Shown here: positions 25,101-38,137 of the stretch, one piece after another
How the letters are laid out: each line of letters starts with the position of its first letter
Numbering within the stretch: the first letter of the stretch is position 1
From: Ostrea edulis
Taxonomy: Eukaryota
Assembly: GCF_947568905.1 (NCBI RefSeq)
Contig: NC_079165.1
Span: forward strand, 105,772,001 to 105,836,000
Direction of reading: 5' to 3'
DNA length: 64,000 nucleotides
The notes under the pieces: model-generated
Told to the model about the DNA's origin: nothing
The model's database searches: none
The model's input: only the letters and a program-made list of their open reading frames with translations
Translations under genes and position numbers: made by a program

Positions 25101-28100
25101 GTGTCTTCATAACTAGCTAGCAAATAACAGGTAGAATATTTCTAATGTGAATGGCCCATAACATTTAAAAGCTTACTTTGGAGTGACATCAGGAAATTTA
25201 CTCGCTTAAAATTTTTCAGTTGTTGGTTATTTACAACTTTGGGAAGATTCTCATTGATTATCAGATTGTCGTTTGATATAACTATATTTCCTGTGTATTT
25301 TCTCTTTATTTGAATTTTACCTGTTAATTTTGGTATTTGGCTGATTTATGCAATCATGTGTTTCTTGTTGCAGATGAAAGCAATGTCAATTTCAACAGAA
25401 ATATAAGAGAAAAGATACAGTGAATTTAAATGTATTACATGTACTGTATATGTATGTTTATCATAATTGTCAATTTGGATTTGTATTCTGTTTGGTCAGA
25501 TCGTAATCCTACTCATTGGTTGGATTACCTACGTTTCCTGCATCTGATTTTCTTTTTGTCACAGTTCTTGTTTTCTTTCTTTTTGTCACAGTTCTTGTAT
25601 TGAATGAAATTTTCCTTAGTTGTTCCCAGTGAATCTGAGTTCTTTTCCAATATGGTTGTTGATGCAGCCAATGCAATCAAAACTGCAGATGGGAAAGGAG
25701 GCTATAGATATCCAATCAAAGCTGTTAATGTACTGAAGGCTCATGGGAAAAGTTCTAAAGAAAGCTTGGTGATTCACGGTTATGCTCTCAACTGCACAGT
25801 AGCTTCTCAAGGTAAGATTTTTTTTATATGTTGGTAGTAATATTCGTGTGCAAGATTTTGTTAAAAGTTCTTTGAACTACTTGTTAAAGTCAGCTCTGAA
25901 AAAAGTTACTGTAAACCAGCTCTTTATATACTTGCAAGATTTGCGTTCCTGGACCTGTCATTAATTTTCAATAATGTCTGCAGCAACAAAGTAATAAAAA
26001 TTTAACAAAACTGACCATTTGGAATGTAGATACATGTATAATGCTCAGTTCAAAATATACCAAAGTTTCAAGATGTGTGATCATGGTGATATTGTTTCCC
26101 AAATAAAATGAAATAAATACTGACGCTGCAAGACTAGTGTTCCATCTGACACTTACGAATAAAAGATGATGCATATAATAGCTGGTTACAGTAAATTGTA
26201 GAGATTTGTAAAGATTTTGATAGCATTCTAAATTTTATATTGATTCTCAATTAAAGCAATGGTAAAGAAAATTGTTGGGGCCAAGATAGCCTGTTTAGAC
26301 TTCAGTTTACAAAAGGCAAAGATGAAGATGGGTGTTCAAGTCCTGATTGAAAATCCAGATCAGTTAGATGCAGTCCGGCAAAGGTGAGAGCTCATTAACC
26401 GGTCAGCTGGAATGAATTTTAGGTAAAAATATGTTTGGCTTCAACAGAAAATATGGATAAAAATTTGTATTGTTTCAGGGAGTATGATATTACAAAAGAA
26501 AGAATAGAAAAGATTTTGGCTGCTGGAGCAAATGTTATTCTGACCACTGGTGGAATTGACGACTTGTGCTTAAAATACTTTGTGGAAGCAGGGGCCATGG
26601 CTGTAAGACGGTGTAAGAAAGTGGATCTCAAGAGGATTGCCAAAGCAACAGGAGGTGGGTCATTTTGTGACGTTTTAATGTACTTCATATACAATATTTT
26701 AAAAACATGGTCGGTGTGTGTCTAAGTTTACGTAGTCAAGATTTTACAATGCTAAACGACTTGTATTATCAAAACAAAGGGGAAAAAAACCTTCCTGTCA
26801 CGCTTTACTTTAAAAAAAAATTGTCAGAGAAATTCTCAGAATAGTTGAATATCTGATATCATACTAAACCTCTGATATCAAAGTTTTCACTTCCACACTT
26901 TTGACAGGTCAACTAGTGATGACCTTGGCTAACCTTGAGGGAGAGGAAACGTTTGAGGCCTCCATGTTAGGAAATGCAGAAGAAGTTGTCCAAGATCGTG
27001 TTTGTGATGATGAACTCATTCTTGTGAAGGGGTAAATACAGAAAATAACAAATTTCTCTACAATACAATGATTTCAAATTAAAACGGAAACATTTAGATA
27101 CTTTCAGGGTGATTCTCATCAGAAAATGTGTATTTTAGTATACCTGTTAGTGTATAGTTTGTTGTTCTTTTTTATTACAAAAAAATGTGGTAGAATTTCT
27201 GATGAGTATATTAAATGGTGATTTCGTGTTGAGTTGAGGGCTCAGGTGAGCTTCTTTGATCAAGTATAATCTGCCCTCTATATGTATGTCTGTCTGTCTG
27301 AACGTTTTCACATTTCAATCTTCTTAAAAACCACAAGTCCAAATTTCAACCAAAATTTCAACAGAGCATTTGTGTATTAAAGGCAGGGTTGTCACTGACG
27401 CAAGAATATGCGTCCTAGACACAGAAAATTCATTTGGGACACAAGTTTGTCTGATAAGGCGAGTGACGGTCACAGACTCTGAGTAAAAATCATAATTTTT
27501 ATTAGAAGCCCTGATATTGTGTATCAATTAAAACTCGTAGTAGGAAAAAATCTAGGTAAAATATTACGCTCTAGTGAACCGAAATAATACCACTGAGTTC
27601 ACAGTGTCCCAATCCGACTTGTTTGTTTAGCGTCAGTCAATTAGGTGCAAATTAGAATATAATATTCAAAAGATAATTAGATAACATGCCAAATGGAGAA
27701 TGTTTTGCCACTGACAGTTATTTATTCTTATTACTTTATTTGTTTGTTTCACAAATCGGGATCTATATTTAAATATAAATGTTTGTATTCCGGTAGCCAT
27801 TTTTATTGGAATCGAAAGTAGCGTATAGTTTGTAAACTTGGTACTAGGTTTTTTAGATCGTCAGCAAACAAAACTAGTACGCATCTATTTTATCAAAATA
27901 ATAATTTGACTAAAATGCTGTTCAATATTGAATAGGGTTGTTGTGATGATAGGAGATTCGGGGAATAATTCTTTTGGCGATGTCCGAGGCCAAGTCGTGA
28001 ATGATTAAAAATAAATCTTCAAAATTGATATATTTTGTACTGCTTCCATTTTAATTGTCTAATATAAAAGGACTCATTAGATATTCATGGGACTCATCAG

Positions 28101-30047
28101 ATTTTCATGGGACTCATCAGATTTTCATGGGACTTGATCGAATTTTCGTGGGACTCGAGCTGCTTATAAACCACAAGTCCGGGACTCATCTTCAAGAATT
28201 TCTAGTGACAACCCAGATTAAAGGGATTCAAATTTGTTCAAATAATGGATCCCAGGGGGAGATATTTAAGAAACAGCATGGTTATTAAAGGCTCTTTCAA
28301 GAGCTACTGAATCAGAATAGCTGAAACTTGTATTTAACTTTACATAAATTATGAAGATTTAAATTCAAACCATTAGCCTCCAATCCAGGGCAGGGGAATA
28401 ACAAGGATTCAGTTTTTGCATTGGAATAGATAGGAATCTTCATCAAAGCAATGTTCTTCTTGGAACCACTATAATAATGCAAGCAACCTCATGTACAGCC
28501 ACAAATGGGTTTAAAGTTTTTCATAGGATGCTTAAATTTGTTCCCTTTAGAACCATACTGGTACAATTAATCAAATTAGTATGCAAGCTTCCTCATGTAG
28601 AGTAGTTTAAATTAACCCCAGGGGCCATAATTGGGATTAGATAATTCATGTCGGAAAATGCAACTACTTGGATGAGTGGAGTAGCCCATTGGCCTTTTTT
28701 TTTTAAAAGTATGAATACAATTTTCTTTTCAGTCCCAAGGCACGGACAGCAGCCTCTATTATTCTGAGAGGTGCCAATGACTTTATGTGTGATGAGATGG
28801 AGCGCTCTGTCCATGATGCTCTGTGTGTGGTAAAACGAGTCCTGGAATCTAAATCTGTTGTCCCCGGCGGTGGAGCAGTGGAGGCAGCATTGTCTATATA
28901 TCTGGAAAACTTCGCTACATCATTGGTATAACTGCTTTATACACTGTACGGTTGTCTAGCTTAAAGCATCATGTTTCTGTTTTATTGTTTTATCATCTCT
29001 GAATAATATATGAGACCGAATTAATATCAATTTTGTCCCTGCATCTGTGTAGGAAGTGTAGTGCTGACCAAAAGTAGGTCAAGTTGATGGTAGTTGGGAA
29101 TTATATGGGAATACACTTGCACACATTGAAATTTTGTATGGATTATATTGTAAAGAGCTTTAGGCTGCATTCATCAAACAATGTCAGTCAGTTCATCTTT
29201 GGAGCTTATCCATATTAAAGTCATTCAGTTGCATTTAAGTGCATAGTAAAATGCATACCAAGACATTCAATGGGTTTGGAGCTGGAGCTACATGTATTCG
29301 TAAAGCCAAAGTCCAATATACACTTCCTGATGAACATTTCAGCTCACCTGAATTTTTTAATTAAATATACTAGCAACATGCTTAGAATTATCTGAAAATC
29401 TGATGTGATGTGTCATTTAGAATCCATTGCTCTTTTACAGGGATCGAGGGAACAGCTAGCCATTGCTGAGTTTGCGCGGTCTCTGCTAGTGATCCCTAAA
29501 CAGCTAGGAATTAATGCTGCTCAAGATTCTACAGACCTAGTGGCCAAGTTAAGAGCTTACCACAACATGTCTCAGACCAAACAGGAGCACAGGGACCTCA
29601 GATGGTAAAGCTTTTATAGAATTAATAAGAAAGGCATTACTTACAGCTTCTTATCAATAACATGTGAATAGATCCGATGTTTTCAACAACAACAAAAGTG
29701 AAATGTGGTAAATCTTTTTATGATAATAATAAGAATTCAAACTTTTCTTTAAGCTAGTGATCTTTTTAGTGCCGTATATAATGTAGGTATGTTTGTTTGA
29801 GGAGTATCACTAGTTAATGTACTGTATGTTTCTCGGTAGGGTTGGATTGGACTTGTATCAGGGTACAGTGAGAGACAACAAGAAGGCTGGGGTACTGGAA
29901 CCTGCGATGTCAAAAATCAAATCCCTCAAGTTTGCCACTGAGGCTGCTATCACTATTCTTCGAATAGATGACATGATAAAACTTGTGGATCAAAGTAGAG
30001 GAGGCGGCAAAACTTATCAGGATGCTCTGAATGCCGGGGAGTTATAG
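18127..30047 (+). CDS. TCP1: T-complex protein 1 subunit alpha (CCT1), 12 exons, 556 aa
   Basis: Exons 18127-18199, 20839-20924, 21713-21841, 22264-22361, 24898-25008, 25630-25811, 26257-26383, 26479-26654, 26908-27031, 28733-28925, 29441-29604, 29840-30047, all GT-AG and in frame (1671 nt). Chaperonin motifs [32 protein letters not shown]; alpha-type N-terminus [20 protein letters not shown] at ~30107 and ~30167. Confidence 0.98.
19965..20420. mobile_element. hAT-type MITE with BED zinc-finger remnant (TCP1 intron 1)
   Basis: TIR taggagtgaaacgat / atcgtttcaccccta; 8-bp TSD gtagaaac on both sides; minus-strand [10 protein letters not shown]...ALC resembles a BED finger start. Confidence 0.85.
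21880..22145 (+). mobile_element. tRNA-derived SINE with (TC)n tail (TCP1 intron 3)
   Basis: B-box-like gggattgaatcccg, central ggtcggtggt...ccaccaataaaaactg core typical of bivalve SINEs, followed by about 30 TC units. Confidence 0.6.
23153..23283 (+). ncRNA. SNORA20: H/ACA box snoRNA, SNORA20-like, copy 1 (TCP1 intron 4)
   Basis: Hairpin 1 cccatttatttgctg...cagttatacgcatggg, H box AAAGAA, hairpin 2 aacagggaa...tttcctgtt, ACA at 23278-23280. The hairpin-1 ends match human SNORA20 as recalled. Confidence 0.8.
24488..24618 (+). ncRNA. SNORA20: H/ACA box snoRNA, SNORA20-like, copy 2 (TCP1 intron 4)
   Basis: Nearly identical to 23153-23283; H box ATAGAA; ACA at 24613-24615. Confidence 0.8.
25009..25629 (+). 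other. U12-type (minor spliceosome) GT-AG intron of TCP1 (intron 5)
   Basis: 5' splice site GTATCCTT; branch-point-like TTTTCCTTAG about 11 nt before the 3' AG (ttgttcccag) with no long polypyrimidine tract. Confidence 0.85.
27230..28710. mobile_element. Helentron-associated non-autonomous element (HINE), degraded and interrupted (TCP1 intron 9)
   Basis: 5' gctcaggtgagcttctttgatc...tgtctgtctgtc...ttttcacatttc; 3' gagtggagtagcccattggcctttt; typical oyster HINE architecture as recalled. Confidence 0.55.
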
Positions 30048-31235
30048 GTCATGAACAAATCTTACCAGGACACTTTATTTACTGCAGAGTTATTGACTTC
30101 ATTGTGAATAAATCCATGCTTTTTGATGATCAAGAAGTGATTTACATCTATGTATGCTTGATATTGAATAAATGTAATTTATCCCTTTTCATGTTTGAAT
30201 TTTCCATTTTTGAAAATGAATTATGGAAAGACTTTGTTTGCAGATTCCAAAGATATATTTTACAAGGTCTCACATATTGTCATTTTAAAACGTGAACAAC
30301 AGTTACAAATAATTATCTTAAAGTTATTGGCTCAAATGAACTATTGTGGCCAAAACATGTATGAAATCTTTCATATGCTTAAAATAACCTCGTAAGCCGG
30401 GAGTCTTGATATTTACGGATTTTTTAAATCTTTCACTCTGAAAACATACAGGAAAATATGTTTTGAGATTTCTTCAAATACCCAAGGTCTTCAAATTATC
30501 AAAGTTAATGAGGAAGTTTCTCAATGCAGCGTAAATTCTACTCGTGACTTTACCATGACTCTGGGGTCAGAGGGTTTGAAGTCTTGCATAAGAATGTATA
30601 GGAAGACATCTTTAAAATCCCTTAAAAGAATGACCAAATGTGCAGCTTAACAATTTTTTTTTTTACAAGTATCCTTGTGTGGTTTAGATTTTTATAAGTG
30701 GCCATAATCAAGATTTAAAGTTTTACATTACAATAGTGAGACATTACATAAGGAGAACAATTTAAAAACCAATTACCCCGGGGCCAGGGTGTTCAATGTT
30801 TTGTATGGGAATACACATAGACTAGAAAAAATATGAAACATTGCTATAGAGGTATTCTTGTAAAACAGACTCGGCTTTAACATAGAAATTGATAAGATTC
30901 ATAATTGCATGTCAAACAGTGTACGATCATCTATGTGTAATGTACACATGCTATATTTCTTATTGATCATTATAACTACACTCCATTTATATCATGAACA
31001 AATAATTTATGAGCTATAGCTTTCCCATTTTAAAATTGTTACCCAAACATGGATATTTTTAGCACTTGATCATGACCTGATAACTTTGGGTGAAAGTTGT
31101 GACACGGTACTTCGCCATTAGCAACCTTTGTTCCATGTATTAATGTCTTGACATACAAAGTTGGGGCTCAAAACGTTTCTGGTTTGCCCCCTGCACACAC
31201 TAGTAGTGAACAGGGTAAAAGTAAGCTTGAGAGTT

Positions 31236-32040
31236 ATGGAGCTCCAAATTAACATAAACTTGAAGATATCTTTAATCATTTGAAGATTTCATCCATTTAA
31301 TTATTGCGCGCAATAGTAGAATTGATGCGCGCATCAATTCAATATTATTGCTATCATCACATTCAATTGATGCACGCATCAATATGGTGGAATTATTGCT
31401 GCAAAATTGATTTGGAGCTCGGTATAAATGATTTGATCTCTTCGATATATCTTTAATTATTTACATTGCTTTTGTATAAAGAATTCTTGCATGCATGAAT
31501 TCTTTAAAAGAGAGCACCTGTCCAATTAATTAAAGAGATCATTAATTCCATCGTGGATATGTTGAAGTGACGATATCTTTCATTACATATATATAGTTGC
31601 TCTCTCTAAAGGAATTATTGCGAACATCAATTGAATTAAGGATATCATGAATAATTCAATATTGACGAGAGCAATAATTCAATTGCGCGCATTAATTGAA
31701 TTGATGCGCGCTAACTCAATAGTCTCTAAAAGAGATCATTAATTCAGCTGTGGATATGTTGTCAAATTGAAGATATCTCTAATTATATAGTTGCTCTTTC
31801 TCAAAGAATTATTGCGAACATCAATTAATAATATCATTAAGAGAGCAATAATTCAGTTGCGCGCATTAATTGAATTGTAGCGCGAATCAATTCATTTGAA
31901 GAGGGCAACGATTCAATTATATAGCGATCATCTATTCAGCAGAATGATTAATGCTATCATCAATTCAATTAATACACGCAATAATTAAGAAATGAAGATA
32001 TCATTAATTATTTGAGGATATCTTCAATATCAATTGTTTT
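31236..32040. mobile_element. 'GCGCGC' family IS3EU-like MITE, right end missing
   Basis: Starts (t)atggagctccaaattaacataaact, matching the terminus of 42469-43297; interior of ~22-bp degenerate repeats. Confidence 0.7.
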
Positions 32041-32299
32041 CTTCCGACTGCCCCTCCCCCATCCCTTCACACACTGAAAAACGATAATACGTGCCTGCTA
32101 CAAACACTACTAATATAACAAAACACCTTTCTCTGAATACTGGAGGTCTGTCTAGAGTGCCGGCCAGTTATTATCATGATTATCATAGATATTTATTCAA
32201 CATACTAGATTCTGTCATAGAAATATTTTTGTTCAGTTGTTAGTACGCTCTTGTAAATTGTTTTTCAAAACTTTGTAAGAGAGTCTCTGAATCTCATAC

Positions 32300-32652
32300 A
32301 TTTGCCACGATACTCTAAATGGCATGCAATACTGGTGTGACCGAAGATGAAATTCATTTTCTTTTTCAATGTAAATCTTATTCTAAGCTAAGACACACCT
32401 ACCTTAGAAACATTTATAATATAACACAGAAAAATATTACTCTGGACAATGAAAGATATGTTACAAATATATTTTAACAATGATATACATAAAGTCTTAA
32501 GAATTACTGTGAAATTTTAGAGACTGTTTTGAATACAGAAGTCAATTACTTTCAACTACATAAAGATTATGTAAACATTATGTAATGGTGTTAAATGGGC
32601 CTTTCCCAATTATTGTAGTTGTGTTTCTGCCAATAAATATTTGTATTTGTAT
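32300..32652 (+). pseudogene. CR1-like LINE 3' end remnant
   Basis: EDEIHFLFQCKSYSKLRHTYL resembles the CR1 ORF2 C-terminal motif; ends aataaatatttgtatttgtat. Confidence 0.5.
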
Positions 32653-33688
32653 ATCCTTGGTTTCGGTAGAGCAAATCAGAGCAATTCTTTTTATTGAAAA
32701 AACTTTCAATAGATAGGTTAAGCTAGGATGCCGAGTTAATTGTTTGGTGTTCGATAAAAGGTGCTATTCTTGCAATTCATGAACAAAGATTGTAAAACAA
32801 AGCAAAACTCTAAAAGTTTTAACAAAGGTGCATGTTTTCACAATGATTAATGGACACAGATTTACATTGATTGCTGTACAAACTTAACTTGAATAGCGAT
32901 GTTTTTACAATGATTAATGAGCACACCTTTTCAAACAATCTTACTGATTATCGCACTTCAAACAAAAATGATAAAGCCTAACTGCTGTATAAACAATTTT
33001 GTGTACATACCTAAATCCGACAGTTATTCATAATATCTAACTTTAAAGACTTAAAATTTGTTTTATAATATCTCCGCTAAATCAGTAGGCATGCAAAAAC
33101 TTCCTCTTTTTTTTTTCCTTTGCGACATTTTAACATATAGCCAACAAAGTCATTTTGCATCTCTGAAAAACTGACTTTTCAAAAAAAAATTGCCCGTGTC
33201 CTTTTTTGACTCGATGGACTTAATTTTTGGATATTTCACATTTGGGGGGTCGGATCGACTAAGCGAAATGTGCCGGATCGACATCGGTACGGACCATCTT
33301 TCGACGGATTGACTATGGATGGATCAACCGTGGAACGGATCGACCTGACACCGTTTACATACAGTTTAGAAAATCGTTTAAATGTGTTCAAATTTGGTCT
33401 GTTTGTTTTATTATATAAAGTATTGATTTTCTCACCCAAACTTAGAGTAACTGAAAAAATACATGGAAAATAAATTAATTATAATACATTTCAATCTCCA
33501 TTCCAGTTTTGTCCTAGCGCGTTCCTTTGCGTAAATTAGCCAAACTTACCCGACTCATTCGGAACTCTACGGCATATTTTATAAAAACCCAAGAAGTTGT
33601 CGTCCCAGCAACCACCCGCGTCAAAGTGTTTCAAAACATTATGTGAAATTTAGTTTAATATCTTGCTGATTTTGTTTAAAACAAGAAA

Positions 33689-36537
33689 ATGACTAGTGCC
33701 AGGTAGTATACAAAGAATGAGTGTTAAATTTTTATTTTACACTTATAAAGATATACAGTAGCTAGAATTTCCTCTGTTATTCTGTAGGTGTTTAAAAATT
33801 AGGCGCCGTTTAAGATAAATGATTAAACCAAACTGTCTTGAATAATCCAGTTGTTCTCACTAATCTGGTTTTTATAACTAATCGTTAGTTGTATTATTTT
33901 TACTTCAGCGTTGTTCCATATACACCCAAAAAGAAATCGGATGCATTACCATCCATAGATGCTACAAATGATATACAAGACCCATTGGATTATTCATTTT
34001 GTCGACTGAATAAAGTAGAGGGTAAGATGGGCCACTTCACCAATAATATTATAATGGAATTATATCTACATGAAATATTTTATATGAATGAAATATATAT
34101 TTGCCACTTCACAGATGCACTGGAAGAGGAGCCCAGGTCATCTCCAAAAAAGGATCAGTCCAATAATTCTGGGAAGTCTCAAAGTCGCTGTCTCCGATTA
34201 AACAATAACAGTCTTCAGTCGATTGAACGACTTAATGAAGTCATAAATGCCAAGTTTGATAATCCCAGGAACATTGCTTGGATTGACTTATCATTCAATG
34301 AATTGACAACTGTTGATCCAGTAAGGAATACTATTTAATCTAAGTGATGTAGATAACCAACTTTAACACAAAGTTATGTGTTGTTGTCATTGATATCCAT
34401 AATTTTATCTGTCTTTACAGTGTCAGATAATATTTATGAATTTTTTTTTACTTCATCGAGGGAAGTTTTTGAAGAGTGTAACTGTTGTAAAAAAAAAAAA
34501 TGCTGAACATCTCTGAAATTACTTCATTGGAATTTGACCCAAACATGAAGAGGCAATTTTGATTGTGAGAAATCATTGCTCCGTGCCAAATGTTCCATGT
34601 CAGATTGACCTTACAAACACTATATGTTCATAAACATGATAGTCAACAAGTAACTAATTTGCAAAATGCTTTTGATCTTTGAGTGATCTTCATCTGATTA
34701 TTATGACTGTAGTAGGTATTTTTTTTCTGCAGGTTTTATTGGAGTTTCCTGAACTTCAAATATTATACCTCCATGGGAATCAGATAGGAGATGTTAAAGA
34801 AGTTGCCAAACTCTCTGGTCTGACAAAGTTAAGAAAAGTGACACTCCATGGAAACCCGCTCGAGAAGACTAAGGTATGAAAAGATTGTGAAAAGAGTTAT
34901 TTGAAAATGTCATAGTGGAATTGATCGATTTTGTGATAGCCAGATTTAATGGTTTATAAAAATTTGGATGGCTACAATCGCCAAACAAGATTGTATAAAT
35001 ACAATTCCGGGTTGGTTGGATGGGGGTTAACTGTTAAGGACAAACTTTGCACTAAGATCAGAATTGGTGAAATACCCTATTCATTTTGATATCATTAGAA
35101 ATAATTGCTTTCATACTGATATTGATTAGGAAAAGCTGAGTTATAATTTTGCCTTAAGTAATGTATGAAACTTCTCCATCGTAAAAAAAGAAAGAAAAAA
35201 AAAAGAAACTGTATCTTGGTATTCTTGTATTGACTTTGTCTTATTCCATTTTAACAGCATCAATTAAAAACAGTATTAAAAAGTCTCCTCACCATTCACC
35301 AATTTAAAAAGTGCTATCATTCTTTTAAATGTGTTAAGGTTTAATGAGAGAAACAATTAACTGACTAACTGATTTACTATTAAACTTTAAAACATACTTT
35401 ATATTTGAATCATACCTTGTTTCCACACATATTTATACACAGACATAGTTTAGAAAAAATTCTCAGAGAAGAAAGAGTTTTCTCTTTTTATCATGTTTAT
35501 AATGAGGTAGGAAAGACCCACATTTTCTCCTTTATCTACCCCACTTTACTAAAAAAACAAACTGATCTCATTCCAATTAAAAATAAATCAATGAAAACTT
35601 GTACTAACTTGTTACCATCGTTAATAACAAATTAATTCTAAATATGTTTAATATTTTCTAAAGTAGGATTTTCTAATACTAGAGTGTGAATTAATAGCAG
35701 ACATCCAGGAAATTGTTTCATGTCTAAACAGGCTAGTTGTATTTGGCGCTCTAAACATATTCACCAGCACCCAGCAGTTGTTAGATAACTGTTTCTAATT
35801 TAGATCATAAATGTAAAATGAAATGTTCATAATGAAATTAGGGCTTCATTTCAAGGCTCTACCATGAGATAAATAGGAAAGCAAGTAAGTTTTGGAATGT
35901 TCATGTTAGTTACCTTGGCATTTCCTTTTAATCAAGGTCTCATTGTAAGTGAACTTAAAACAAAACACAAACTACCAAAACAAACAACCATGCAATTATT
36001 AATTTACAAGGAAATTACCCAGCCAGTGACCTTGATCTTTTACATATACCTTCTTGAAAACCAGGACATAATGAATTGAATAGGGACCCAGATCTTTATA
36101 CATGCTGTATAAGGTTGTACACAAGAAATTTCAAAATTTTCCTTCAAGCAATTATGACCTTGCTCCTGTAACCTTGGAAAACTTGTAAGAACAAAAAAAG
36201 TTCAGAAATGTTTTAACTTTTTCTGGTGTCATGAGTGTGAATTGTCAGTAGACTCTAATTTTTTTTACCTATATTTTACCTATCTATCTATATGTAGTAC
36301 TCATAGATGAAAATGGTGGCCTAGAAAACAGGAACAAATAATATTTCACTTTAGGCCCTAGGTAATGTATTTTTTGAATTATGACAGGGTTACAAGTTCC
36401 AAGTGATGGCTATGGTTCCCCAGCTTCAGACAGTGGACTTCAGTCGTGTAACAAAGTGTGATAGAAAAACATCAGAGGTCTGGAATAACATGAACAATGC
36501 CCCGAAGAAAAAGAAGGAAAAACTAGAGGACGATTAA
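33689..36537 (+). CDS. LRRC51: Leucine-rich repeat-containing protein 51, 5 exons, 207 aa
   Basis: Exons 33689-33702, 33909-34021, 34115-34320, 34733-34873, 36388-36537 (624 nt, in frame). Motifs PLDYSF, LRLNNNSL, IAWIDLSFNELTTVDP, ILYLHGNQI, VTLHGNPLE, DFSRVTKCDR match LRRC51. Exon 1 is the least certain. Confidence 0.9.
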
Positions 36538-37010
36538 AAATGAGAAGATTAGAGTCAATGTATGTTCCATTTCCTATAATTGTAGACATATTAATTAATT
36601 ACAGTTCACTTGCATGTAGTTGAATGTACATGCTTGTGGGGAAAATTTCTACATTGTACTGTCTGTATTAGAATTGTGTATAAGTACGGTTTACATGCTG
36701 TGGTACTGTACAAGTGCCTATTTTCTTGTATGTATTGCATTTATTAATTTTTGAAAAGTGGGGTATAAATTTAAGCAACAGAAATTATTTTTTCTTAGGG
36801 CCATATTTACTTCTGTGATACATTAATTTGATAATTTAATTCATACATGTACCATGAATTTATAATGCTTTATGATTAATTCAAAATGGAATATGTTGTA
36901 CATTTATTTATATTATAGATATGGTATATTTGTTAAAAGATTAAAATGTTTTAATAAATCAGTTTTGAAAGCATTTTCAGAGATTATGTACATACATTTA
37001 TATTTAGGAC

Positions 37011-37041
<31 letters not shown>

Positions 37042-37143
37042 ACTTCCATGCAAGAAATGCAATTATATATACAATGTGCTTTCCAAAGATTTTTGTGGTT
37101 TTATGGGGATGTCAGAAGTTGCATTCTCGGTTCAAATTGTTAA

Positions 37144-37660
37144 AGGGACTGGTTCACGATTTTTGAACAAAATATTTTTTTTTTTGTATTAGATATTAAA
37201 AGTATAACTCATTTAATGTTGACAACCAAAATTTTGACCTTCTGAATGCAAGGATAAAAGCTATATTTTAGCCTTAAATATGTGTTATGTAAACAAAGAC
37301 TCGAGTCTTTTTATGTAAACAAACAAACAAGTGAAATATTAATTTTGTAATATAAAGCATCATGCATAATTTTGCATAGTCGCACATTTTAACTTTTAGA
37401 GGACACATTTTACCCGAAGAATGCTTGAAATGTGAAAGTTATAATAAACTAAGATCGATATTCATTTCTTGGGAAAATTTCGTAAACAATAACATACCAC
37501 AATCTTTGTTTACGAAACAAATAATGAACTCTCTAAAATGAGCTTCTGTGATGATGTATAACCTTAATTTTTATGTGAAATTTTTAAAATTATAAGACAG
37601 TAGATTGAGATCATTAAAAGTGAAAAATAAAATTTTGGGGAAAATTGTGAATCGGTCCCT
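37144..37660. mobile_element. Kolobok-like MITE
   Basis: ttaa|agggactggttcacgatttt ... aaaattgtgaatcggtccct|ttaa; TTAA duplicated. Confidence 0.8.
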
Positions 37661-38137
37661 TTAAAGAGGCATTAGCTGTCATATTGTCACCAAAAACTGA
37701 ATTCAATGAAAATTGATCTATTTAATATATTTCAGTAATAACACCAATAATTTATTATTTCAAACACTTTTTAACCTCAAAGCAGGCACATAAATATGTA
37801 ATTTTGGTGATTAAATAAATTGTCTTGCAAGACCATAATTCTTCCTGATATATATCTTTACACCAAAAGCAGTTATCTAACAGAGTTTTATTAGGTTTCT
37901 CATGTTTTTTGTACAAAAGAAATGTTTTTATTAGTCATTGATATACATTCCTATGCCATTGAAAGATTCTGAGAAAATAAAATGGTTGCCATCACTTTCA
38001 CAGCTAATTTCCCTTTAACTGTTTAAGATCCACGGTTTATCACCGTAGCAATGAAGGTGTAGTCAAACTACCTGGAAAACCAGAGGGTACTAGTGTTTAC
38101 AGGTTTCCTCTTCATCTGTCACAACTTCTTCATTATA

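Noticed and set aside
29040-29335. Hairpins ending in ACA in TCP1 intron 10
   Set aside because: No well-placed H box between hairpins and irregular stem sizes; insufficient support for H/ACA snoRNAs.
33889-34338. 149-aa ORF as a single-exon gene
   Set aside because: It is LRRC51 exons 2 and 3 read through a 93-bp stop-free intron.
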